Source of the DNA: an uncultured Actinomycetota bacterium
GTDB lineage: Bacteria; Actinomycetota; Actinomycetes; JAFAQI01
Length of the DNA: 64,000 nt
Direction of reading: 5' to 3'
Assembly (NCBI GenBank): GCA_963770565.1
Contig: CAVYQE010000001.1
Coordinates: 1,216,001-1,280,000 of the forward strand
Shown here in pieces: positions 18,638 through 27,878 of this stretch (the first letter of the stretch is position 1; each line of letters begins with the position of its first letter). The notes beneath the pieces are model-generated. The model saw nothing but the letters and a program-made list of their open reading frames with translations. It had not been told where the DNA came from and did not search any database. Both the position numbers and the translations under genes were made by a program.

Positions 18638-19660
18638 GTGGTGGTATCACAGGACGTGTTGCCGCAGCGCGCAGGCGCGGCAATCTTCTTGGTGGCGACG
18701 GTGGAGGTTGGCGCCGAAACCGATGTTCGCCAGTTGCTGGCGGACCTGTCGGGGCTGACGAGGTCGGTGGGGTTCCGTCTTCCGGACCGCGACTTGAGTT
18801 GTGTGGTTGGGATTGGCGCTGCGTTGTGGGATCGCTTGTTCGCAGGTCCGCGTCCGGCGTCGCTGCATCCGTTTCAGGAGATTGTCGGCACGCGCCACAT
18901 CGCGGTGTCGACGGCGGGCGACCTGCTCTTTCACCTGCGGGCGCACCAGATCGATGTGTGCTTTGAACTGGCGCGCCAGTTGACCCTCCGCTTGGCTGGT
19001 CGGGCGCAGGTGGTCGACGAGGTCCATGGGTTCACGTACTTCGATCAGCGTGACCTGATGGGCTTTGTCGACGGCACCGAGAACCCGACCGGGGCGGCGG
19101 CCGAGGCCGCCGCATTCATCAACGCGAGCGATCCGGACTTTGCCGGGGGCAGCTACGTCATCGTGCAGAAGTATCTGCACGACCTCGACGCGTGGGACGC
19201 ATTGCCGGTTGAGCAGCAGGAGCGCGTTGTGGGACGTACCAAACTCAGCGACATCGAGCTGTCCGATGAAACCAAGCCCTCGAACTCGCACGTCGCGCTG
19301 AACACGATCGTTGGTGACGATGGCGTCGAACGCCAGATCGTCCGGGAGAACATGGCATTCGGCCGGCCCGGGGCCGGCGAGTTCGGCACCTACTTTATCG
19401 GTTACGCCGCGGATCCTGAGGTGACCGAACTGATGCTTCACAACATGTTCATCGGCAAGCCAATGGGGAACTACGACCGGATCCTCGACTTCTCGACGGC
19501 TGTGACCGGCGCGCTATTCTTCGTGCCGAGCGTTGACTTTCTCGACGATCTGCCCGGCCTGCCGACAGCTGCGCTGCCAGCAGCGAAATCCGGGCACGAC
19601 GACGATGTGCAATCGCTTGACCGATCCTTGCGAATCGGCAGTTTGAAGGGGACCGACTGA
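18638..19660 (+). CDS. dyp: Dye-decolorizing peroxidase (DyP), encapsulin cargo
   Basis: GFVDGTEN (GXXDG motif), SHV proximal His, IVRENM, C-terminal targeting peptide RSLRIGSLKG. Confidence 0.95.
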   Translation: MVVSQDVLPQRAGAAIFLVATVEVGAETDVRQLLADLSGLTRSVGFRLPDRDLSCVVGIGAALWDRLFAGPRPASLHPFQEIVGTRHIAVSTAGDLLFHLRAHQIDVCFELARQLTLRLAGRAQVVDEVHGFTYFDQRDLMGFVDGTENPTGAAAEAAAFINASDPDFAGGSYVIVQKYLHDLDAWDALPVEQQERVVGRTKLSDIELSDETKPSNSHVALNTIVGDDGVERQIVRENMAFGRPGAGEFGTYFIGYAADPEVTELMLHNMFIGKPMGNYDRILDFSTAVTGALFFVPSVDFLDDLPGLPTAALPAAKSGHDDDVQSLDRSLRIGSLKGTD

Positions 19661-20466
19661 TGGACAACCTGAACCGTGAGCTCGCGCCGATCGCTGACGC
19701 AGCCTGGGCCGAGATCGAGGCAGAGGCCCATCGCACCTTCATCAGGCACGTCGCTGCGCGTCGAGTCGTCGACCTCGTTGGGCCGTCGGGTCCGACGTTG
19801 GCCGGCGTGGGCACGGGACATGCCCGAGACCTCGACCCACCAGCAGGCGGAGTGCTCGCACGATGCCGCGAGTTTGCGCCAGTAGTTGAGTTCCGGGTCC
19901 CGTTCACCATCGACCGGCGAGCGGTTGACGACGTGGAGCGTGGAGCCAAGGACTCCGACTGGCAACCGGTGAAGGACGCAGCCAAACAGATCGCGTACGC
20001 CGAGGATGGTGCGATCTTCGCCGGCTATGCCGCCGCCGGTATCGAGGGGATCAGTGCCAGCACCTCCAACCCGGCAGTGGCGCTCCCCTCCGACGTCCGC
20101 GAGTATCCGACCGCGGTGGCGCATGCGCTCAGTGGACTTCGGCTGGCCGGTGTCGGTGGTCCCTACAGCCTGTTGCTCCCTGCCGAGATCTATACCGAGA
20201 TCGCGGAGACCACCGATCACGGCTATCCGATCCGCGAGCACATCGCTCGCGTGATCGAGGGTGGCGACATCATCTGGGCGCCGGCTGCCGAGGAGGGTTT
20301 CCTGCTCTCGACCCGAGGCGGCGATTACGAGCTGCACCTCGGCCAGGACGTGTCGATCGGCTATCTCTCACACGACGCCGACCACATCACGTTGTACTTC
20401 CAGGAGTCACTGACCTTCATCGTCCAGACCAGCGAAGCGGGTGTCGTCCTCACCGGCGCCGGCTGA
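19660..20466 (+). CDS. Family 1 encapsulin shell protein (Linocin M18/CFP29)
   Basis: MDNLNRELAPI...AW.EIE.EA, DDVERGAKDSDW, STRGGDYEL.LGQDVSIGY. Its ATG overlaps the dyp stop codon. Confidence 0.96.
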   Translation: MDNLNRELAPIADAAWAEIEAEAHRTFIRHVAARRVVDLVGPSGPTLAGVGTGHARDLDPPAGGVLARCREFAPVVEFRVPFTIDRRAVDDVERGAKDSDWQPVKDAAKQIAYAEDGAIFAGYAAAGIEGISASTSNPAVALPSDVREYPTAVAHALSGLRLAGVGGPYSLLLPAEIYTEIAETTDHGYPIREHIARVIEGGDIIWAPAAEEGFLLSTRGGDYELHLGQDVSIGYLSHDADHITLYFQESLTFIVQTSEAGVVLTGAG

Positions 20467-20484
20467 CCGCCACCGTTCACTGCA

Positions 20485-21158
20485 TCAGGTCGGCAGTTCC
20501 CCGCCGGCCCGCTCCTGCACGATGAAGTCGGCGTACCAGTCGGGCCAGTCGGGGTCTGCGTGGCCGATCCGCACCTCGTGCTCACCGTGGGCCGCCGCCG
20601 CGCGGCGAAGGGCGCCCGCCAGGTCGGACGTGGACCCAAACTCGGTCTGCGCGGAGTCGATCCGCCCGGGCAGCCGCGTCGTGACCTCCTGCACCAGCCA
20701 GCCGTTGCCGTCGGGATCGTCGAACGACACGAACGAGCCGTAGCTCTTGTGATCGGCGGGGGGCCGCTGACCCGGCCGCTCGCGGCGGCCTGGAACCGCG
20801 CGCCGCGGGTGCCTTCGTGGAACACCTCGCTGGCCCGTACACCGCGGGCCGTGAGGTCGTCACGCGCGGCCTCGATGTCGGCCACGATCAGGTACAGGGC
20901 CTGGGCCGAACCTGGCGTTGCAGGCGTCAGGTTCTGGCCGAACTGGATGGAGCAGGACGAGCCGGGCGGCGTGAACTGGACCAGCCGGAAATCGTCACTG
21001 GCGACGTCGGCGTCGAGCCTCCAGTCGAGACGGCCGTAGAACTCCTTTGCGCGATCAATGTCCGAGACCGGGATGACGATCACTTCGAGCTTCATGTCGA
21101 CGTTCGTGACGCCGATCTTCCCGCTCGCGTCCTTGCTGAGAACATCCGTCGTGCTCAT
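20485..21158 (-). CDS. VOC/glyoxalase family protein with C-terminal extension (one frameshift near 20760)
   Basis: MKLEVIVIPVSDIDRAKEFY in one frame; SFDDPDGNGWLVQE...WPDWYA in another. The break sits in a G run. Confidence 0.85.
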
Positions 21159-21187
21159 GCCGCCTCCTCAAGTTGTCGAATGAGGTC

Positions 21188-21242
21188 AGACTCCCGCAAG
21201 GACGGCGGCGTCGAGCCAGGCAAACCCCCTGGCCTCCCCTGG
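21188..21242 (-). promoter_or_regulatory. Conserved island promoter element (copy 2, variant) upstream of the VOC gene
   Basis: Minus strand CCAGGG-N4-CCAGGG-GGTTTG-CCTGGCTCGA, 17 bp, GAGTCT. Confidence 0.6.
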
Positions 21243-21311
21243 CCACGGTGCGGGTCACGACCAGCTTCCGGCCGGCTGCCGGGTCGCGGCGGCGCGGGTT
21301 CGGCCAGCGCG

Positions 21312-22316
21312 TTATTGGGGGCTGACCGTGCAGGTCCTGCCGCCGGGGATGGGAGTGCAGGTGGTGTGACCCCTTGGAAGCCGCTGCGCGGACGCCACTG
21401 ACGACGCACCAGCCGAGTTGGGGCTGACGACGATCTTGAAGTTGTAAGTGTCCAGCGGGAAGGTCGACAGCGTCGGCAAGGTGGCGCTCGAGTCGATTTG
21501 GATGAAGTAGAACATCAGCACCACGTGCCCGGGACTCGCGACGTAGGTGAAGTTGTAGGTGTAGCCGAAGCTCGAGTCGAACTGGTAAGGCAGCGGCAGC
21601 CAGGCACCGGGGTTGTTGGCCGGCGCCGGCGTCATGAACACCTGCAGCGATCCGCTGTCGAGTACCGACTGGGTCAGCGCGGGCACCGATACGTCGTCGT
21701 AGCGGGTGAAGTACTCGGTGTACGAACCAGGGCTGGTCTCGAAGACGTAGTTGGAGTTCCAGAGAAAGTCCGCTGACGGTGGCGAGGTGACGTAGGTCGT
21801 CGGCTTATCCGGCGGTGCGTAGTAGCCGAGCACGCGGACGGTGACGGTCACTTTCCCGGTCCGGTTCAATAGCGCGATCTTGCCGCCTTGACCCACTCGG
21901 ATCGTGAGCTGCTGGAGCTCGGACTGTCCGACCTTCCAACGCAGCGAGGGCTGCGGGCTACCGGTCCCGTACGGATAGACGTCGAGCGTGCCGTTGGTGG
22001 TTCCTGCGGAGACGCTCACGCTCAGCAGGACGGACGTGGCCGAGATCGGCACGGTGGTCTTGCCACCGGCCACGACGGGTCGGGCCGTCCCGTTCGCCTT
22101 GATGACGCGGCTGCTGAGCACACTGACCGGATGGAGCGCCGTGTACACCGACGGCGCGGCCGGAGTCGAATGCGTGGCATTGGCCAACCCCGTTGTCGCG
22201 AGGCTGGCCGCGGCCGCGACACCAACAGCAGCCAGCACACGGCGGCGCTTGCCTCGCCAGCTGCTGACCGTCTGGTCCGACTCGGATCGTTCGATCCTGA
22301 TGCTGACAACGCGCAT
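21312..22316 (-). CDS. Secreted two-domain beta-rich protein
   Basis: Basic RGKRRR followed by a hydrophobic signal ending ANA; VP.SATSVLLSVSV actinobacterial surface domain; aromatic-rich C-terminal domain. Start uncertain. Confidence 0.7.
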   Translation of the reverse strand: MRVVSIRIERSESDQTVSSWRGKRRRVLAAVGVAAAASLATTGLANATHSTPAAPSVYTALHPVSVLSSRVIKANGTARPVVAGGKTTVPISATSVLLSVSVSAGTTNGTLDVYPYGTGSPQPSLRWKVGQSELQQLTIRVGQGGKIALLNRTGKVTVTVRVLGYYAPPDKPTTYVTSPPSADFLWNSNYVFETSPGSYTEYFTRYDDVSVPALTQSVLDSGSLQVFMTPAPANNPGAWLPLPYQFDSSFGYTYNFTYVASPGHVVLMFYFIQIDSSATLPTLSTFPLDTYNFKIVVSPNSAGASSVASAQRLPRGHTTCTPIPGGRTCTVSPQ

Positions 22317-22535
22317 GATGCCGGCCTCCCCCAGGTCGTCAAACTGGGGCAAATGCTAGGCCATCGCGACTTCTGGCGGGCGTTGCGTGGCCGAGTGTCG
22401 TGACGCCAAGTGGAGCGGGCTTCCTGACCCGGCCGGCTTGGTCGAGGGGTCCAAAGGACGTACCAAGAGCCTTGGTCGGGGCGCGTCAACACGGTTGCCA
22501 TGGCCACGGCCGACGCAGACCCTGACTCGCCGAGA

Positions 22536-23957
22536 TCAGGTCGTCGCGAGATGCCAGCGGTGCGGGGCGATCAGTCGAGTGAGCGACGGTTCGGGGCCCC
22601 AAGATCCTGGGCGGTAGGTCTCGACCGCGGGTGGGTTGTCGAGCAGAGGCGAGGAGATCTCCCATAGGCGCTCGACGCCGTCATCTCTGGTGAAGAGGGT
22701 CTGGTCGCCGAGCATCGCCTCAACGATGAGCCGCTCGTAGCCTTCGAGATCGTTGGCAGTGCAGAACGAGTCCTCGTACCGGAACTGCATGGTGGCAGCG
22801 CCCAGGATCATCTCCAGCCCTGGCTGCTTTGCCAAGAACCCGGTGCTGATCGACCCTGGGTCGGCGAAGTCGATGACAATCTCGTTCCCACGGTCGGTCG
22901 GCCCTTGCCGGTTCGAGGTGTGGAACATGCGAAGGGTCGGCCGGCGGAGACCGAGCGTGATCAGCTGCCGGCTGGCACCAAGTCGCTTTCCGCTGCGGAG
23001 AAAGAACGGCACCCCGGCCCACCGCCAGTTGTCGATCTCGACTCGCACCGCCGCCATCGTCTCGGTGGTGCTGTCGGGTGGCACGCCCAGCTCGTCGAGG
23101 TAGCCGTCGTACTGGCCGCGCACCACGTGGCGCACGTCGAGGGGCTTGACGGCGTCGAAGACCTTTGCTCGCTCATCGAGAAGGTGCTTGGCGTCCAGTG
23201 TTGTCGGGGGCTCCATGGCCACGAACCCCAGAACCTGGAACAGGTGGGTCACGATCATGTCGCGATAGGCGCCGGTGCCGTCGTAGAAGTCGGCCCGTCC
23301 TTCGATCGAGAGCGCCTCCGGGACGTCTATCTGCACGTAAGAGATGTGATCGCGGTTCCAGATCGGCTCGAACAGGCCGTTGGCGAACCGGAACGCCAGG
23401 ATGTTGTCCACCGCCTCCTTGCCGAGGAAGTGGTCGATCCGGAAGATCTGTAACTCGTCGAACGCCGTGTGCAGCTCCCGATCGAGATCCTGGGCGGAGC
23501 GAAGGTCAGTGCCGAACGGCTTCTCGACGATGATGCGGGCACCCTGCGCGAGGCCCGCCGCGACGAGCATGCCAACGGTCGGCTCGAATGCCGTCGGCGG
23601 GATCGCCAGGTGCAGCAGCCGGCGCGGAGCGCCGCCGACCTGGTCGGTGGCGCGCTGGACCGCGGCCTCCAGCGGCGCCGTGTCTCCGGGACTCGCGCGG
23701 CCGAAGGACAGCGTGCTCGCGAAGGCATCCCACGCGTCGCCGCTCGGCTTGCTGGCCCCGAACTCAGCCACCGCGTCTCGCGCGTGTTCGCGGAACTGCT
23801 CGTCGGTGCGGGCGCTTCGGGCCGTACCGACGATGCGAAATCTGGGCGGCAGAAGGCCGCGAATGGACAACTGGAACAGCCCCGGCAGCAGCTTGCGTTT
23901 CGCGAGGTCGCCCGTTGCACCGAACAGGACATACACGTGGTTGTCCGGGCCAGACAT
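22536..23957 (-). CDS. zwf: Glucose-6-phosphate 1-dehydrogenase (stand-alone, no opcA or pgl adjacent)
   Basis: FGATGDLAKRK, EKPFG, RIDHFLGKE, NWRWAGVPFFLRSGK. Confidence 0.95.
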   Translation of the reverse strand: MSGPDNHVYVLFGATGDLAKRKLLPGLFQLSIRGLLPPRFRIVGTARSARTDEQFREHARDAVAEFGASKPSGDAWDAFASTLSFGRASPGDTAPLEAAVQRATDQVGGAPRRLLHLAIPPTAFEPTVGMLVAAGLAQGARIIVEKPFGTDLRSAQDLDRELHTAFDELQIFRIDHFLGKEAVDNILAFRFANGLFEPIWNRDHISYVQIDVPEALSIEGRADFYDGTGAYRDMIVTHLFQVLGFVAMEPPTTLDAKHLLDERAKVFDAVKPLDVRHVVRGQYDGYLDELGVPPDSTTETMAAVRVEIDNWRWAGVPFFLRSGKRLGASRQLITLGLRRPTLRMFHTSNRQGPTDRGNEIVIDFADPGSISTGFLAKQPGLEMILGAATMQFRYEDSFCTANDLEGYERLIVEAMLGDQTLFTRDDGVERLWEISSPLLDNPPAVETYRPGSWGPEPSLTRLIAPHRWHLATT

Positions 23958-23996
23958 AGGCAGTCCCTCCATCCCGTGCCCTGGGCAGGCTTCGGG

Positions 23997-25256
23997 CTAG
24001 CTGAAGATGCCGCGCGGGAACGTCATCGAGACGAGCCAGTTCGGCAAGTCGACGGTCTCACTGATCTTGAGGTCGCCGACAACGCTACAGAGCGTGTACG
24101 CCTCGTGCATGCTCAGCTCGTGATCGGTGACGAGCCAATCGATCATCTCCCGAACGGCATTCTTGGCGTTCTCCATCAGATCGGGGCCGACGCCGCTGGT
24201 GATGTAGTAGCCCTCATCTCGCATGTCGGCGGGCATCGCAAGCTGGGTGGGGTCGGCGGCCGGAACGATGGCGCGAGGCGAGGTGATCACGGAGTCCTTG
24301 ATCACGTTGAATCGCAGCGTTGCGGCCATCAGCGTCTCGATCGCAGTGCCGGTGATCTCGCCGTCGCCTTGGGCCATGTGACCGTCGCCGGCCGAGAACT
24401 TGGCGCCTTCGACATAGACCGGCAGCTGGAGACGGGAGCCCTTGACGAGCTGCCGGACATCGGTGTTGCCACCCATGCCGCCGCTGACGTTCGGCGGGAA
24501 GGTTCGATACATGCCTTTTCGCAATGGCGCGTTGCCGAGGATGCCCATGAACGGCGTGATCGGAATCCGTGCTTCGCGTCCGGTGTCGGAGCCGACGAAG
24601 GTCGCGAAGCCGGAGTTCTGGCCGCGCCCGAAGGTGAACAGCTGAACGCACGCCGCCCCGCTGTTGAACGGCTGGTCAGCCGGAATCGCTTGTGGCACTG
24701 CGCCGGGGCTCGGGTCGCTCAGCTGGGCGGCTTCGGTGTACGGCGCAAAGGCAGCGAGCGCCTCGGGCCGTAGCGTGCCGAAGATGCCAAGGGCAGGACT
24801 GATTGTGGTGTAGCCGAAGTCGACGATCGGGCTCACGTCGAGGATCTCCACCTCGAGGATGTCGCCGGGCTCGGCGCCCTCGATCTCGACCGGGCCGGTG
24901 AGCGGGTGAATTCTGCCGAGGTCGATCGTCATCGTGCCATCGGCGGTCATGGTCCGGGCCTGCTCGCCGATATCGAGCGCGTCACGGCACAGCAGCTGGA
25001 TCTCCTCGCCGGGCCGCACCGTCACCGCGGCCTGCAAGTCGCGGTTCCACCGGTTGTGCAGCACAGTCCGGTAGCCGTCGAGCACGCGGTCGCCGGATGG
25101 CGCGGCGATCGCTTCAGGTGTGCCCGATCCCGAGACGTTGACGGCGCCGAGACCGCCGCCGTCCGCGAGCCCGGCAAAGGCTTGGATTGCGGCGGAGGTC
25201 AGGCCCGCCTGGACGTGAAGCGACTCGCTGGCGGTCCCGGAGTGGGCGAAGCACAT
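23997..25256 (-). CDS. Acetamidase/formamidase family protein
   Basis: HNRW, HPLTGPVEIEGAEPGD, GGNTD, GDGHMAQGDGEITGTAIE; GAGGAG RBS. Confidence 0.92.
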   Translation of the reverse strand: MCFAHSGTASESLHVQAGLTSAAIQAFAGLADGGGLGAVNVSGSGTPEAIAAPSGDRVLDGYRTVLHNRWNRDLQAAVTVRPGEEIQLLCRDALDIGEQARTMTADGTMTIDLGRIHPLTGPVEIEGAEPGDILEVEILDVSPIVDFGYTTISPALGIFGTLRPEALAAFAPYTEAAQLSDPSPGAVPQAIPADQPFNSGAACVQLFTFGRGQNSGFATFVGSDTGREARIPITPFMGILGNAPLRKGMYRTFPPNVSGGMGGNTDVRQLVKGSRLQLPVYVEGAKFSAGDGHMAQGDGEITGTAIETLMAATLRFNVIKDSVITSPRAIVPAADPTQLAMPADMRDEGYYITSGVGPDLMENAKNAVREMIDWLVTDHELSMHEAYTLCSVVGDLKISETVDLPNWLVSMTFPRGIFS

Positions 25257-25309
25257 GCTGGTCTCCTCATTCGGTCTAGACGCGACGCCGTCGCGGGTCG
25301 TCGGAGGTC

Positions 25310-25365
25310 AGGATGCCGCTGCGTGACCTGAGTCGCGCCCGGGTGAGACCCGGGCCGGTCACTGG
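25310..25365 (-). promoter_or_regulatory. Conserved island promoter element (copy 3) upstream of acetamidase-zwf
   Basis: Minus strand CCAGTG-N5-CCCGGG-TCTCAC-CCGGGCGCGA, 17 bp, CATCCT. Confidence 0.65.
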
Positions 25366-25376
25366 TCACTGCGGCA

Positions 25377-26129
25377 TCAGGGAATGAGGTGTTGCCCGCC
25401 GTCGATGTCGAACGTCGCACCGGTCACAGCAGTGTTGGTCATCAGATGGATCACGAGCGCGGCCACGTCGGCGGGTCCGACCACACGTCTGATCGGGAGG
25501 CTGGCCCGCAGCTCGTCGCGGCGACGTTCGATGTCATCGCCCAACAGGCGACTCGAGAGCGGCGTGTCAACGAAGCCGGCGGCGATGGCATTCGCCCGCA
25601 TCGGCGCGAGCTCGACCGCGATGTTTGCGACGATCGCCGGCACGGCCGCCGCCTCGATGGCCGCCGCGCTGAGCCCGATGCCCGGGCGTCGCGCGTAGGT
25701 TCCCGTGATCAGCGTGAGCGAACCGCCTGAGCGCACCCGCCCGGCGCACGCCTTCGCGATCCGCAGGGAACCGATCAGGTGCTCGTCGAGCGCGCGCCGG
25801 ACCTGGTCGAAATCGAGCTCGGTGATGGGGGTGTACGGCGGACCGCTGCCCGTGACGAACACGTGGTCGATCGTTGCTGGCAGGCCCGCAAAGAACCTGT
25901 CGAGCTGATCCGGGTGGTCGAGATCCAGCTCGCCGGTGCTCAGCGCCTCGACCTCCTTGCCGGCTTGTTCGAGCCGACCGGGGTCACGCCCGGTGAGGAT
26001 CAGGCTGGCACCGGCGTTCTTGGCTTGTCGGGCTGTCTCCAGCCCCATGCCCGAGCTGCCGCCGATGACAACTACCGTTTGCCCGGCCAGGCTTCCGGCT
26101 CGCTGGGTCTCCGTACCGGTGTCACTCAC
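25377..26129 (-). CDS. Short-chain dehydrogenase/reductase (atypical, lacks YxxxK)
   Basis: VVIGGSSGMG, RANAIAAGFVDT, VTGATFDIDGG. Confidence 0.88.
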   Translation of the reverse strand: MSDTGTETQRAGSLAGQTVVVIGGSSGMGLETARQAKNAGASLILTGRDPGRLEQAGKEVEALSTGELDLDHPDQLDRFFAGLPATIDHVFVTGSGPPYTPITELDFDQVRRALDEHLIGSLRIAKACAGRVRSGGSLTLITGTYARRPGIGLSAAAIEAAAVPAIVANIAVELAPMRANAIAAGFVDTPLSSRLLGDDIERRRDELRASLPIRRVVGPADVAALVIHLMTNTAVTGATFDIDGGQHLIP

Positions 26130-26181
26130 GCCGTCTCCTCTTTGCCGGCGGTTGACCCCACGACCGCGCTGCCCCCGCTGG

Positions 26182-26655
26182 TCAATGGGTCGCCAGACGA
26201 AGCGCCTGCAGATGGGCAAGGATGGTGCCCCTGAGCTGCATCGCCGTGATTGTTCGGGACGTGACTATCAAGCAGGCGAGGGCGCAGATCGTCACCCGCA
26301 GTGTCGCGTTGTCTGCCGGGGCAGAGTGTTGCCGGTGGGTCTCGTCGACGGTCCCTGAACCAGCCGCCAGCTGATCAATTTCCTCGAGCGCCGCTTCGGC
26401 ATACATCGCCGCGCGGATGACCTGCAGGCGAAGCCTTGCCGCGCTGGGGCGCTCCACGCCCTCGGCCGCGCGTCGAACGCTGACCGAGTGTCGCAGTGAC
26501 TCGGCAAGAAACCACCAGGTAGCCAGTGGCACGTCATCGTCGAGCGGCTTGGCCAGCAGAACCGCAGCCAGCGCTGGATCCGTCGGGCGCACCGGGGTGA
26601 TCGCTCGGTACGTGGGCGAGTGCACTGGCATCACCCGGTGCGGCATTGCTGTCAT
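26182..26655 (-). CDS. Hypothetical helical protein, paralogue of 63425-63919
   Basis: Colinear similarity to the ORF at 63425-63919 (ALAA.L..KP.DD..P...WW..AE.LR.SV..RR; AEAAL.E; AHL.AL); preceded by the island promoter. Confidence 0.75.
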   Translation of the reverse strand: MTAMPHRVMPVHSPTYRAITPVRPTDPALAAVLLAKPLDDDVPLATWWFLAESLRHSVSVRRAAEGVERPSAARLRLQVIRAAMYAEAALEEIDQLAAGSGTVDETHRQHSAPADNATLRVTICALACLIVTSRTITAMQLRGTILAHLQALRLATH

Positions 26656-26714
26656 TGGTCCGGTCTTCCGCTAGTTGGTGGAGATCCGAAGTGGGGCTTT
26701 CCGCTCCCCGATTG

Positions 26715-26825
26715 AGAGTGCCGAGCTGCCCGCCGGGTCGCGCCCGTGAAGATCCCTGGCGCCGCCCTGGTCGCCAATGCCAGGGCATGTCACGGGCGCG
26801 AGCCGAACACCTGCGGCGCAACTGT
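26715..26825. promoter_or_regulatory. Back-to-back pair of island promoter elements (copies 4 and 5)
   Basis: Minus strand: CCAGGG-N5-CCAGGG-ATCTTC-ACGGGCGCGA (26738-26770) plus CACTCT. Plus strand: CCAGGG-CATGTC-ACGGGCGCGA (26780-26801) plus AACTGT. Confidence 0.75.
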
Positions 26826-26872
26826 GACGACGGCAAGGGTGCCAGAGCTGAAGACAGCGGAGGAGTCAAGCC

Positions 26873-27316
26873 GTGGATACGAAACTCGAGGTAGTGCTGT
26901 TGCCCGTCTCCGATGTCGATCGGGCAAAGGCCTTCTACAAGACCCTGCAATGGCGGTTGGACGCGGACTTCGCGCCTCGCTCGGACTATCGGATCGTGCA
27001 GCTAACGCCGCCCGGCTCGGAGTGCTCGATCATCATGGGCACTGGGATCACCTCAGCCGCGCCTGGGTCGAGTGAGGGCCTGCAACTGACGGTGACCGAC
27101 ATCGACGCGGCCTGCGCCGAGCTGAGAAGTTACGGCGTCGACGTGGAAGGGCCGTTCCACGACGTCGACGACCTGTTTCACCGGATCGGCACTGACGGCC
27201 GAGTGCAGGGGCCGGATCCGGAGCATCGCAGCTACGTGTCCTTCGCGTCCTTCAGTGACCCGGACGGGAACGGCTGGCTGCTCCAGGAAGTCAAGCAGCG
27301 CGCCCCGGGTCGCTGA
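26873..27316 (+). CDS. VOC/glyoxalase family protein
   Basis: KLEVVLLPVSDVDRAKAFY, QLTPPGS, SFSDPDGNGWLLQE; GGAGGAG RBS; paralogue of 20485-21158. Confidence 0.9.
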   Translation: MDTKLEVVLLPVSDVDRAKAFYKTLQWRLDADFAPRSDYRIVQLTPPGSECSIIMGTGITSAAPGSSEGLQLTVTDIDAACAELRSYGVDVEGPFHDVDDLFHRIGTDGRVQGPDPEHRSYVSFASFSDPDGNGWLLQEVKQRAPGR

Positions 27317-27321
27317 TCATC

Positions 27322-27840
27322 ATGAACACGACGATGACCCCACTCGGTGCTGTCATTCGTGGTTTGGCCGCCGGTGTGGTTGGCACCGCGGCGATGGACG
27401 CGTTGCTGTTCGCCCGCTACCGACGTGGCGGCGGCGAGACGGGTTTCGCGACGTGGGAGTTCTCCACCGGGATCACGAGCTGGGATGACGCGCCCGCGCC
27501 GGCGCAAGTCGGCAAGCGCCTCGTCGAGGGTCTCTTCGAGCGCAAGCTCGAACCCGACCAGGCACCTCTGGTCAACAACGTCACCCACTGGGGCTACGGC
27601 GTGCTTGGCGCCGCGCAGTACGGCCTTGTGGCCGGATCGTTGCGCCGTCCGCGAATCGCGTACGGCCTGCCGTTCGGCGCGAGCGTCTGGGCCGCGAGCT
27701 ACGTGGTGCTGCCCGCCCTCAAGCTGTACAAGCCGATCTGGGACTACGACCGGGTCACCCTGGCAAAGGATCTGAGCGCCCACCTCGTCTACGGGCTCAC
27801 CACAGCCGCCGCATTCCGGCTGGTGTCGAAGGCGTCCTGA
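27322..27840 (+). CDS. Conserved membrane protein (DUF1440-like)
   Basis: GLAAGVVGTAAMD, HWGYG, LP.LKLYKP.W.Y, AHLVYG. Confidence 0.7.
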   Translation: MNTTMTPLGAVIRGLAAGVVGTAAMDALLFARYRRGGGETGFATWEFSTGITSWDDAPAPAQVGKRLVEGLFERKLEPDQAPLVNNVTHWGYGVLGAAQYGLVAGSLRRPRIAYGLPFGASVWAASYVVLPALKLYKPIWDYDRVTLAKDLSAHLVYGLTTAAAFRLVSKAS

Positions 27841-27878
27841 CTCAACTCGTCATTTCGAGCGTCAGCCGCGGACGCGAC

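Noticed and set aside
19660-20466. HK97-fold shell as a prophage capsid
   Set aside because: No terminase, portal or tail genes nearby, and the coupled DyP with a targeting peptide identifies it as an encapsulin.
22450-22490. CCAAAG...CCAAGA...CGGGGCGCGT resembling the island motif
   Set aside because: The spacing is off and it points into the 3' end of zwf rather than into a gene.
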